A stretch of 53,547 nucleotides of DNA, counting the filler, from Catajapyx aquilonaris (lineage: Eukaryota), in NCBI GenBank assembly GCA_000934665.2. It is 3 parts of 3 records of this genome, joined end to end, with 100 filler letters (N's around TTAATTAATTAA, not from the genome) between each part and the next. Parts side by side here need not be neighbours in the genome. Positions count along the whole stretch, not along the records: positions 17,842 to 35,693 come from JYFJ02006876.1; 2 more parts are not named here. One strand, written 5' to 3'. A program made the translations under genes and the position numbers. Under the pieces are notes generated by a model, which had not been told where the DNA came from, made no database searches, and saw only the letters and a list, made by a program, of their open reading frames with translations. Positions within the stretch are counted from its first letter, which is position 1. Every line of letters starts with the position of its first letter. Below are positions 24,061-35,793 of the stretch, piece after piece.

Positions 24061-25445
24061 AGTGTGTGTGGACTTTAGATGTGGCTTGTAAATATGGGTA
24101 TTGTAGTGTCACACAAATGCAGGGTACGGAGTCAGACTCTCGTTCCGGCGAGTTCTCTGCATGTTCTGATTCTTCGTGGACCGTAAAGTTGTCCTTCGCC
24201 AAACATTTGGACGGATTTGTCAACTGTCATGTCATCGGCGAGAGACAACTTATTTGGTCCATTTTAAGTGAAAGTCTTTCCATTTTTAATTTTTTGGGGT
24301 ACATTACCGTCCTGCCGCGTTTATAATGCTAAGCAGCTATTATGAATCCGATGCGTCCATATCTTAGAGAAATGTGCAGGGCAGAGTATTGCACCTACGC
24401 AAATTGTACATAAACGCAAATTATTTCACCTGTAAAAAAAAGGCACTTCATAAACGCGAAAGCAATATTTGATAATGTCACAAATTGTAGGAAAGGTAGG
24501 ATATGTCCAGTAGCAGCGAAAAGTGATCAAAAATTCAAGTATAGCCAATTAGCTGAGGTGGAGCTGCGCAATATCACCGTTCACTATCACAGAAATCAGG
24601 TACGTCACCATTACTGTATGGCATTGTATTAGGAAACTAGTGACTAACTTTTGGCATTCTGCAATCCGTTTTAAAAGTTAGCAAATTTGGATTTCCCAAC
24701 AATCGTTTGTAACCCACAGTCAATATTCAGTTTTATGCTGCTTTTTATTCAAATTAACAAAATATGAATTCATGTTGATTTGACAAAACACTTACAACTA
24801 TGCCTACATTTAACCCAAAAAAATGCAACAGTTTTCTATTGTCAAGTGCAGTAATTATGAAAAACCAGCTGTGTGATTAGTTATAAATGCAGTAGTAATC
24901 TATGATTGTAAAGGCTATGTTTAGCCTGATAAGGACTGTATTATAAGTTGCAAATTTCCTCCCATGTGGCCATTGTATTACAGTATTATTATTTGAAGAA
25001 CACAAGCCAAAGAATTTATTTTTAACCCCAATGCATACTGGCTGGGAATGTTCCGCGTTTTATAATTTTAAATATTATAAAAATTAATCAGAACAGTAGA
25101 GGCACTGTGATACACGCATTACAAAATGACAAGAAGGTACCGCTCAACCCAGCAATTCTATGCATAACTACTGTTTTTCTGACGCCATTTCATGATACTA
25201 AATAATTCGCAAAAAAATATGTCCAGTCCTAAATCGCATCTTAATTTATTACGTGAAGTTTACGTTTGACTGAACTACAGTAGTGATGTCAGTTACAATC
25301 TGTATTTTTTTTCACGCTTTCGCTTCATTTTTTGTATCCGCCTGAAAGTAGACTATGTACTTATCATATGTGTAGAACCATCATTGTACATTTTCATAAA
25401 AGGAGGTCACAGAAGAATGCAATAAAAGTACTGTAATTTTAATTC
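24061..25445 (+). other. Probable runt 3' UTR with polyadenylation signal AATAAA at 25421-25426
   Basis: First AATAAA I could find after the stop, followed by a T-rich tract. Extent inferred. Confidence 0.45.
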
Positions 25446-26254
25446 CACGTTTTCATTATTTTGGCAGCGATGCTTTTCTCGCTAGAAGCGACTTCTCGCC
25501 ACGCTTTTTAGACGAGTCGACACTTTAAAAGCATATTTCCAGTAACGCCCTTCATCCTAGGTTTCCCTCGACATCTAAGCCTCGAGCAAACCATGTTCGT
25601 CAATACACCCCCCTTACCCTCGCTGTACAATCCAAATCAAGGAATCTTCCCCCATCTTCCAAGCCAAGCTTCATTTCTCACGCTTCTTTGTTTGCTCCTC
25701 TTGAAATAACAATCCTCGCTTCTCCAAGAGACACTTTCCAAGGAAGAACTTCCAGGGAAAGAAAAAAAAAGATATTGGCATTCAACAGCTTCTGGTATAT
25801 GAAGAAGAATCTTCCCCTTCTTCCCAAAAAAAGGCAAAAAAAAAATCTGAGAACCTGACCTAACTTAACGTAATTGATTTTCTTCTCCGTCTTGTAAGCC
25901 TTGCGAACATGAATGCAACAAGTGATCTCATTATGCCATTGATTTTTTCCTCCCCTTTTTTCTCCCNTGAGCTAATCACTTCCAGGACTGATAGCACCTT
26001 ATATCAGTCTCTCTCTCTTTTTTTTTGAACGATGGTCTTTAGTTCGATAGTGCCAGTCAAAAGAGTTGGTGCTATTTTGAGTCACAATTTTGTGCAAAAT
26101 ATTTCAGCTTATTCAAATTTCGCCATTTATATCAGAAATCATCCAAACTGAATCAAAAACCGTTTCAAATATTATCTGTTAATATCATTCAAATTTTGCA
26201 AATTTTTTATTAATTTGATTTCAAATGGAAATGTGATACCAAGTATGTTGATTT

Positions 26255-26910
26255 TTATGAATTTGAGTGAATATCAAATTTTTTAACGAATTTGAGTGAA
26301 TACTGTTTCTTTAAATTTATGAATTTGAGCGAATACTGTCTCATAAAATTTATGAATTTGAGTGAATGCTAAATTATTAGAATTTTCACGAATTTGAGTG
26401 AATACGGAATTATTTTATTTTTTACGAATTTTTGTTCATACTGAATTATTTTAAATTTTATTAATTTGAGTTCATACTGAATTATTTTAATTTTGATAAA
26501 TTTGAGTTCATACTGAATTATTTTAATTTTGATAAATTTGAGTTCATACTGAATTATTTTAATTTTGATAAATTTGAGTTCATACTGAATTATTTTAATT
26601 TTGATAAATTTGAGTTCATACTGAATTATTTTAATTTTGATAAATTTCAGTGAATAGTTTCTTTAAATTTATTAATTTGAGTGAATGCTTAATTATTTTA
26701 ATTTTCACGAATTTGAGTGTATACTGAATTATTTTATTTTTTACGAATTTTTGTTCATACTGAATTATTTTAAATTTTATTAATTTGAGTTCACACTGAA
26801 TTATTTTAATTTTCATTAATTTCAGTTCACACTGAATTATTTTAATTTTCATTAATTTAAGCGAATACTGAATTATTCTGATTTTTATGAATTTTAGTGA
26901 ATACTGAACA
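26255..26910. repeat. AT-rich minisatellite, 36-bp unit ATTTGAGTTCATACTGAATTATTTTAATTTTGATAA
   Basis: Identical central units (about 26464-26645) with degenerate flanks. Confidence 0.92.
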
Positions 26911-27588
26911 ATGAGTTTAAATTACTGTTCAAAATTATCAACTACCAGTAAATATGTTATTAGTTGAATACGAGTAGTTGCAACAGTTTGAATAATTATT
27001 GTCATGGACTTTGAAAATTGCACATAATTTTTTGGCGTAATTTAAAAGCACATGAGTGTGTGTATATGTCAACGAAAAGAGTGTGGGCATTGCGGGGCTA
27101 TTGTTGGCACTCCAAATCACACATGCTCCAACCATACACACAGTTGAGAATTGACTTGGCAGCCATGGAACATCCCCCATCCCTCCTCTCTCCTTCCACA
27201 GAATGATACAAGATGAGCTCCCGGTTGGAATCGGGGATATAACGCATACAAGTCCAAGTTGGGTTTGTGAGGGAGAGAGATGGGGGAGTGGATGGGGGGT
27301 AGAGGGAGAGGGGATGAAGAGGGGGGAGGGTGGAAATTAAGCTCGCTGATGGATGCAGCAGCTTCCACCCTGCATGAATGAGGGATGGATCGATCTGCAC
27401 TGGCTTCTAATCCTTCTTAGTTGCGTCATCGCCCCCTCCAGGGACATAGTTATATTATTGCCACATATTGCCAACTGTCAGCCTAACTAGGCAATGACGA
27501 AAACTCAGGACCACGTGATTCTTCTTGAAATGTATGAGCTTTTAATCCCAATAAAATTTCGATACTCACACAACAACAAATTTATTTC

Positions 27589-27590
<2 letters not shown>

Positions 27591-27664
<74 letters not shown>
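27591..27664. repeat. (GTA)n microsatellite; further tracts at 27926-27954, 28013-28020 and 28253-28314
   Basis: Directly visible. Confidence 0.97.
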
Positions 27665-27925
27665 TTGCTTGTTTCTTTGATACCCCATAGGGCAAGGGAC
27701 ACTCTTATGGGGGGAGGGGGTGGTTCCCAGTCATTTCTGACCCTCTTAAATGCCAGACCTTTTCTCCTGTCCATGGGCAGAGAAGGGAGTGCAATCCTGC
27801 CCGGTATATGTCGGGTGAAAAGCGGAAAAGACCCGACCAAGAGAAGATGACGCGGACAAGAATTTGAACCTCGCACCTCCCATTTGACTGGCCAGTAGCA
27901 TAGCCACTAGATCACCATGCCCCCC
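27665..27925 (-). mobile_element. tRNA-derived SINE, family A
   Basis: Minus strand GGGGGCATGGTGATCTAGTGG..GGTTCAAATTC..CTTTTCCGCTTTTCACCCGACA..ATTGCACTCCCTT..GAGAAAAGGTCTGG matches the 13855 copy. Confidence 0.85.
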
Positions 27926-28020
27926 AGTAGTAGTAGTAGTAGTAGTAGTAGTAGCAGCAGCTTTTAATCCCAATAAAATTGCGATAATCCTACAACAACA
28001 AAATTATTTCAAGTAGTAGT

Positions 28021-28248
28021 TGTTTGTTTGCTTGTTTGTTTGTTGTGCCAAAGCAACTATCTGGCAATCGTATAGTAGGTTTTTGGTAGTGGGAGGAAAC
28101 GGGAGAACCTCGAGAAAACCCACGTAAACCCGGTGAGAACCCATCGAAACTCTTGTCACATAAGTGTCCTCCGCCTGACCCGGGGATCGAACTCGAGACC
28201 TTAGAGATGGACGGCTGCGGCGTTAAACACTACATCACCGTGTCTCCC
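28021..28248 (-). mobile_element. tRNA-derived SINE, family B, full length, V-domain-like core
   Basis: Minus strand: A-box-like TGATGTAGTG, B box GAGTTCGATCC, core GTGGGTTTTCTCGAGGTTCTCCCGTTTCCTCCCAC, (CAAA)n tail. Confidence 0.82.
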
Positions 28249-28252
28249 GGCG

Positions 28253-28315
<63 letters not shown>

Positions 28316-29549
28316 TCGTTTAAAAAATGTGGCTCCCAAAGTACACGTGATCCATATCCTCCAACCGAGATTAAAACTTGGGTCACGGTATCGACCAGTC
28401 ACTCGAACATGACCTATCCTCCAAGCACATCGCAAGAATCCACACTCCCAGCACCATGTTGTTTTCCCACATGTTAATTATCATTATAAACTTCCACCCT
28501 AGGTAAATTAGGCGCCAGATGGAAGTAAACAAAATGACAGCCCTCGGAACGTTACAATGCACCTCTCTATTTCAGGGGGGAAAAAAACCATACTCGTTAA
28601 AAGAGCGGGAAAGTTTAAGGCCTTAAACAAGGTCCGCTTAAATTTAATGAGGAGCATCGCCGACAGCAGCCAAGCATATTATTACTTGCAGTTAAGTGCG
28701 GAAGTAGCACGTTAGGAGATGATGGTTGATTAACAGGGGGAAGGCCCTTTGAGGCTGCTCACAGGCATCTGGCAACTACGTAGATTTTGGGGATAGAGGG
28801 GGTGATGATGAGGGGGGAGCATGCATGAGAACAAAGGCATCGACCCAGGATGGATATTGATACTGTTAGCCAAGTGCAAGCCACTTGGAAAGTGGAAAGG
28901 GGCGGCCATATGCCAAGTTTTGGCAGATTTTGTCACTAAAATCTGCTCACTATCATCTTTGTCACTAAAATCTGCTCACTTGCACCTTATAACGGCCTTT
29001 CGAGAGAGCAAGCAGTCTTGCAAGCAGTCTTGAAGACTGCTTGAAGGCCGTGGTGATATTTACTTCTGGAACAACACATTTCCGGCTGGGGACAACCTCA
29101 GGGTGACCATGTCAGTCACCATAAAAGCCCCCACGCTTCCTTCAAACCAGAAAACCCCAGCGCACGTGGTGGTGGCCATAAAAAATTCGGCCATCACGCC
29201 AAAAAGTTATTTACAACACCCTCCCCCAATGAGGGTCCTGATTGCCCCCTGGTTGCGCCCCTGGATTCTCTCTAAACCCAATCTCGCCCCCGGAAACTTT
29301 TGCTTTAGGCCTGGGGTAGTTTTAGGGTGGTGTCATTTGGCCAACCACCAAGTGTCCGATTCCCCCTCCCATCAGGCCTCTGGCCATGTCAAATGACTTG
29401 CGGGCTTGTCATAAATCCACGAGGTCTCCACAGCACACTTGTCCACTCCTAGGTCATGTTCTATACAGTGTAATTCATGTACCGACTTGGGGATGTTATT
29501 TTGTGATCAACAATAGCGTACTGTCTACAAGTCAGTACTGTAGACGATA

Positions 29550-29706
29550 CAAGGGGATACTCACTCGACTGTAAAGTGTACACCGGAGTACCACGGAGTA
29601 CCAAGGAATATCAATTAGTACCTAAGGAGTACCGAAGAGTACCGAAAGAGTACCGATGAGTACCACTGCAGGTGTACACCGGAGTACCGAAGTGAGTACC
29701 CCCTTG
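29550..29706. mobile_element. 157-bp MITE with 8-bp TSD (P-element- or hAT-like)
   Basis: 16-bp TIR CAAGGGG[A/G]TACTCACT, TSD AGACGATA (29542-29549, 29707-29714), interior made of GAGTACC repeats. Confidence 0.82.
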
Positions 29707-30291
29707 AGACGATATTTGACGTCCAAGTCGATACAAGAATTGGTACATCGTAATGTAATTTTCAAGACAGTACATCTGAACCAAGGGTTGTCTACAAGTC
29801 AGTACCATCCATTTCTTAATCACAGTGTACCGCCTTCGAGTCGGTACATGAAGTATAACAACTCAATCAGTCCAGGAACACTCCATATCCAATTGATTCG
29901 CCTTCCCTAATACAGGCGACACATCAGTTTTTTGTTGTCTCAACTGGAGGTCACATATACCATGCAGTATGCTATCAGTGTCCCCCCCTTTTGCTGACTG
30001 CCATAAAGCTCGGACATGGTCCCAGCTCTTCGATATGCAGATTGTGGGCCCCTATCCAGCTGGGTTTCCTTTCTTCTGAAAGGCACAGAAAAGGGCCGAG
30101 AAATGGGGAGCAGAATGGTCGCAGGGGAGGCACAAGGGGGCACCCCTCCTTTGTTAGCCATTGTTACGGGCTACCCATTATTGAGATGGAAATGATGCGG
30201 TTTTCTTGGCCTGTGCTCACCCTCGTTCGGCTTAATGGATTTGAGGGCCCCGGTAGAGGCAGAGGGAGAAGAGATTCGGTTCACGGTTGTA

Positions 30292-30344
30292 CAGGGTGAT
30301 TCAAAAAAAGACTTTGCTCAAAATTGCAATTTAGATACACCCTG
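30292..30344. mobile_element. 53-bp minimal Tc1/mariner-type remnant
   Basis: TA-CAGGGTGATTC...GATACACCCTG-TA; same terminus as the 6907 and 22818 MITEs. Confidence 0.5.
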
Positions 30345-33300
30345 TAGTTATTCTTCCGATGTAAAAAAAAAAAAAGTGCGTGTGTATATGTAGGCAAATG
30401 GGTATGATCCTCCAACCCCTGCGGCCTTTAGGTGGGACATGTGTGGGCATAAAGACCATTCCTGCTAGGCCCTAATAGAGAGATATGAGCGTGAGTCGGT
30501 GACAGGAGGGCTTTGGCCACGTGAAGCCGTGTCCGAAATGCAGAACGACCCGGATTAGCGCTGCTTCACAGGCACATTCTGGTCATTTACGAAGATGGCC
30601 ACCATATAATTATTTTTCGTTGGTAACAATCTAAAAAAATGTGATGAACCAAAAACAAATGAGGTTGTCCAGTAGGAACTCGGAATAAAAAATGGCGACC
30701 TAAAAAATCGGGTGTGCTCCGGGTGAAAGAGACGTGGAAACCCCGTCACCCATCCGGTGCGCTCGTAAATCCAGCGTCCCCCCCACCCCATCAGAGAGAG
30801 AGAGAGAGATTCTGGGGGGAGAGTTTCTGGCCAAAGTTTGGGGGTTGGGGGGAAGCCATAATGGCGGAGACGCGGCCGTGTCCGAGGCCGGGTTGGGGTC
30901 TGCTGTTGGGCGGGACGGTGGCAGCACTGGGGAAGGGTGGCGATGGGAAGGGGGNGGGGGGGGGGGGGTCACCCACACCACTGTGCGTGTGGAAGCCATA
31001 TATGTGTCGCTGATTAGGAGTTGGGGTTGGAAGGAGAAGGGGGATGGAAACGGAGGCAATCTACGTAAATGGCCGAATTATGGCCAATGTTCACAGCCAA
31101 TATGAGATATATGTGTGGAGAATAGGCTAAGAGTATTGTATTTATAAACAGGAATGTTTGTACGTGTGTAGCCTATAGGCAGGTCATGCTAACTTGACAT
31201 TGACGTCAATGGACGTCAATGACGCCAATTGACGTTCATTGACGTCATCGTTTTGTTTACCGACTCTGCCGAACCCACCCGTAGGACAAGTACGCTCTTT
31301 AACAATTCGAGTAAAAATTTCACTCAAAAAATTGCAATTTCGCAAAATGATCTTTTTGAGTGAATTTCACTCCGGAAAGATTTACTTTAACTCTAATTTA
31401 GAGTAAAATATTGCCCAAAAGTAGAGTGAAAAGTTAGAAAAGTGCACCAAAATATATCTTTCAGTCATGGTTGTTTCTTGCAATTTGTCAAATGTTGCTT
31501 ATGTTAAGGTTGCTTAAGAATACAAGACTAAAGATGTTCGTGCGAACGCATGATGTGTACGGAGGCTGCGGTCCAGGGGTTTGAGCCTGAATCATGTGGT
31601 GTTGCCAGAGGGAAGCATTAGGGGTTCGCGAAAGGGAGAGAGAATAAAAGGAGTAGGGAGGAGAATAGAGAGGGTAAGGGGCAGATGGGAACGTACAGGG
31701 GGGAAACCCAAATATGGACCAACAAAAAAAAACAGATTTGTTCTATTTGCAGTGTTTTCTACATTTCCACTGTTGCCAACCCTTTTTCCCCCCTTCAACC
31801 TATGTACATGCTCAAGTTTCCAACCCCCTAACAAAGTAAATAGGAACCTCTCTCCCTCCTGCCCCCTCTTTGGGTACATCTATCCTCCCAGCACATTTCT
31901 CCCCTCTCAGCCAACCCCTCCAAAAGTCCCTCCCCCTTTTTGCTCCTGTCTGACTTTGATGGCTGATTCATACCCTACGTCTATATTACTATCCTCGGGT
32001 CCTTTGGGGGGTGTGGTGGAGAGAAGGGGGAGAGAGGGGAAGGGAAGAGCGCTAGTCACACAATGTACTCTCACTTTTGGTATATTGTGTACTATGGGGC
32101 TCAAATTCTTCTTGAAGCAACCCTTCGCACAGGCCCCACGGTGAGGAAGTGTGTGAAGGGTTGCTTCAAGACCAGGATAAAGTGGCCAAACATTCTGACA
32201 GTGAGCCCCATAGTATACATTGTGTACAAATAAATAATTTTTAAAAAATGATACATTTGATATTTTGGCAAAATTTGGGACAACATTTGACCTCAAATCC
32301 TGATGACCTGTACATTCACCTACTCTTAACTACCACAATTTTTAGTACGTTGAAAAAAAAAATTTGACAAAGCATCCCCAAGTCTGGATTTATTGACGTC
32401 GGGGTTAAAATATGACGCAGCAGGGTGGCGTCCCCCACTGGTCGAGTGGGCTCGGATTGAAAGCCACGGCGGCGTACCTGATTCGGCGTTCGACGAAACG
32501 TGAAATTCGATTTCATTATGATGAAACAGGCAGCGGGGAGAGAGGGAGACGGACGGGAGCATGGGGAGGATATAGAGAGGGGATGCTGTGGATTTGATTG
32601 CTCCTATATACTTCCTCAATTCCTACCCAAAAAAAATCAGAACACATACAACCTATGTAGCTGGTTCTAACCAGCAGGTGATCCGTGTTGTCGAACCACG
32701 GATATACAACTAGGGTGTGACACAATGGGTGAGAACGGTGTCACGAAAGTCCGGTCCATGAAAAGGTAAGTCGACGGGGCGCAGTCATTAGGTAGCTTCT
32801 GTAGGCTCTCCAGAAGCTATACCCTTGTCAGCGCACAAAACAAGGTCCCTCTTGACGTGTTTATGGCGGAGACAAGAAGACGAGTGTCACAAGGCCCTGA
32901 GGAACAATGTGGAGGATCCACTCCCAGGTGCAATTTCTACCTCGAGAACGGAACCAGTAGCCTATCGCAAAAGGTGGTGTAAATCAAATGGTACAGCACC
33001 TGGGAAAAAGGGGTGGTCCGTTGTAAACATGTTCCAAGTTATACGGCCGTAATTGTCAACAGATTTGTTACGGAAATAATGGGCTGGAACATTGTCTGAA
33101 TCGTTACGACACACCCTGTATTTGACTGTACATTTCTTTAAAACTAGATCCATTTGAAGGGATTGGAAGCAGATTCGGTTTAATTCCTCAACCCTCATTC
33201 CCGAAACCTAAATTGGGGATTCGCCAGCTCGTTGGAAGTCACCCCCAATAACTTTACGAGGATTCAGAAATTTCTCATTTTTTATGCAAATGAAAGGGAT

Positions 33301-33451
33301 TAGGCTAAAAACCTACATATCAAGTGGTACTTCAAAAATTTCCGTTCAAATTCTCCATTTTTTCAGGTTTAGCTGGAAGTGCGTCTCAACACTGCTGAAT
33401 ACCTATCGACTAATCTGTAGATATGTTACTACACTCTTAATATTAGTCTAT

Positions 33452-33630
33452 TCCGACATTCCGAGGCAGAATTGCACTCCCTACTCTGCCCAGGGCCAGG
33501 AGAAAAGATCTGGTGCATTTTCAGAAAAATCAGAAATGACTAATGCACAGCGCCCTCCATTGGGAACCTCCTCTTCCCCCCTAAAAGGGCTCCGCCCTGT
33601 CACGGGGTACATTAAATAAAATAAATAAAT
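33452..33630 (+). mobile_element. 5'-truncated SINE, family A, with (TAAA)n tail
   Basis: ATTGCACTCCCT..GCCAGGAGAAAAGATCTGG..TTGGGAACCT..CACGGGGTA matches the 3' half of the 13855 copy. Confidence 0.78.
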
Positions 33631-34898
33631 ATTAGTTTATTCGAGTGTAAGATGTAATATAATTATTTATTCAATATTACAGTGAAACCTGTGAAGTTGG
33701 ACACTATGTTGGACCATTTAACGTAGAACCATGTTTCACTGTTTATAATTGTACAAATCGTGTTTTTTTTTTTGCTTTACCCCATTAGAGGGAATTTAGG
33801 GGGGTGGATTACCACCACTTTTCTTACAAAATTTCTTCGCGTTTCGTGATATTTATTTTAAATTCGTTATTATGGACCTAACCGTTATTATGCCCAGGAG
33901 ACGACTGGTGCGCCGCCTGGTGAGTCACAACTGAACTAATATTTCAGCGCGCAGTTCAAATCGCATAGTGTTTAGAATCGTGGCAACCTTGTTCAAGACA
34001 TAACAGCAAAGCGAGGGGGTGCTGGTGCTTGGAAGGCGCTATTAGCAACACTCCTTCGGCGCCCTAATGACTTGTGATGGTTAAGGGAGGCGCGGGGTCT
34101 AAGGAACGAGCGCTTCCCGACTTGGAAAATGGTTTCGTTCTGCATAATTAGCGAGAGCATCCCTCAGTCGAATGGCCCTGTCATGGGAGGGTAGGAGGAA
34201 AAGGGGGATGGCGGGGGAGCAGGAGGGAGGGAAAAGCCAGAGGAGGGAGGGTTGTGGCCTAACACTTAACCAGAAAGTTACACTGGCGCGCAGGCAAATG
34301 GAACGGAAGTCGCATGGAGTTTGGCTGCCAGTTTATGTGGGTTGCCGCTCCTTCCATTAACACTATTTGCTATATCAGAAGAAATGCTTTAACATGATGT
34401 CCATCAAAATTTCTTCCACTTATTATTTAAGCGAAAATCGATCTAGAGTGTGTATACACATTAACGTGGCAAAACCGCAAGTTGATGAACACACGTCATA
34501 TCTAGGTAGCGTCATATCCTTTGATGTCTTCTTTTTTTTTACTATCATAATCCAAAGGGGTGGGCACCGAAGGGCGGAATTAAATTTCTGCACTTGATCC
34601 GCACTCCACATGGGCCTGGATTTGTAGCCTAATAACTCCCCAGATCCCAACTATATAACTTGGTAATGGTTACCGATTAAAAGGAGCGCTGTAAAAAAAA
34701 TATGAGTACTACGCGGCAGTGGTTTTATGAAAAAATTTCTGAGTTAAATTTGAAGTAATTATTATGATACAAGCCCGTAAGGGACATGAGTGTCAAAAAT
34801 TTCTCGGGAAGTCTCCGGAAGNACAAGCCCGTAAGAGACATGAGTGTCAAAAATTTCTCGGGAAGTCTCCGGAAGTGGGTTAAATAGGCGTGATAAAT

Positions 34899-34952
34899 AT
34901 ACACTCTTAACCATTTACCCTCTCTAGAGAAGGTAAATGGTTAAGAGTGTAT
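34899..34952. repeat. 54-bp palindrome with one mismatch
   Basis: ATACACTCTTAACCATTTACC-C-TCTCTAGAGA-A-GGTAAATGGTTAAGAGTGTAT. Confidence 0.9.
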
Positions 34953-35693
34953 GTGCAAACTTTCAGATTTATTATACAATTTTTTTTACAAATATTTTGT
35001 AAAATGTGATAATCAGCACATTTTTGCATACAAGAATTTTCAACCATAGCCCTAGGATATCCCCGTATTCAATTCCGTAAACCGCAGGTCCTTTTTGGAC
35101 GTAAACAGGGTTAAAGGCTGCTGGGCCGCCACAAAATTCCAGGGCTAGTAATGAATTTCATATGGTCCTAAGTTTCTATCCTGAATAGTCCATGAAATGG
35201 AAGTTTGCGAATCTCCTCCTCTCCCAAAGTCATCGGGGGTATCATGGAGGCCTGGCAGTAAAAGCCGAAGCCCCTTGGAAAACCCCCAGTTTCCAATCCT
35301 CCCACCCCCCACGGACTTTGCCATCTTTATCCCCTCACTAAACCCCAAACTTATTCCGAACCCAGAACCAAAGTTAGGTCGGTGAAGAATCTGACCGGAA
35401 ATTGCGGCAGAGTCCCGGAAATGAGCTACTCACCTGCTCCCATTCTAATAGCTCTTCTACTTTTGGGGGGGGGGGGGGGGGGCTTNGGGGGGGGGAGGGC
35501 TTGTTATAGAAAAGGCTATAGTGAAAGCCCTCCAATAATAGGCTCCACATATTTCATCAAGTAATAATTTCTTCAATGTATGTACCTGCAATAATAAGAG
35601 CCAGGTTTTCCTGACTTTGTGACTAAAACGAAATATTGAAAAATAATTAATAATAATGCCAATTTTTACTAATAATGCACAGTAATCTGTAAT

Positions 35694-35793
35694 NNNNNNN
35701 NNNNNNNNNNNNNNNNNNNNNNNNNNNNNNNNNNNNNTTAATTAATTAANNNNNNNNNNNNNNNNNNNNNNNNNNNNNNNNNNNNNNNNNNNN
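35694..35793. other. Artificial assembly linker N44-TTAATTAATTAA-N44
   Basis: Identical in structure to 17742-17841. Confidence 0.97.

Noticed and set aside
26255..26910. 36-bp repeats (also 17900-18180) as a CRISPR array
   Set aside because: Units are contiguous with no unique spacers, there are no cas genes, and the context is eukaryotic; these are minisatellites.
27494..28435. Poly-Ser/Leu/Thr/Tyr ORFs (and the IY-repeat ORFs at 14045-14311)
   Set aside because: Translations of (GTA)n and (AT)n microsatellites.
31581..32144. 187-aa ORF, and other long ORFs at 36095-36544, 43027-43449 and 47685-48227
   Set aside because: Mostly non-ATG starts, low-complexity or random-like composition, no recognisable motif or supporting splice structure.
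34769..34875. 53-bp tandem duplication
   Set aside because: The two copies are separated by a single N, typical of unmerged overlapping contig ends; probably an assembly artefact.
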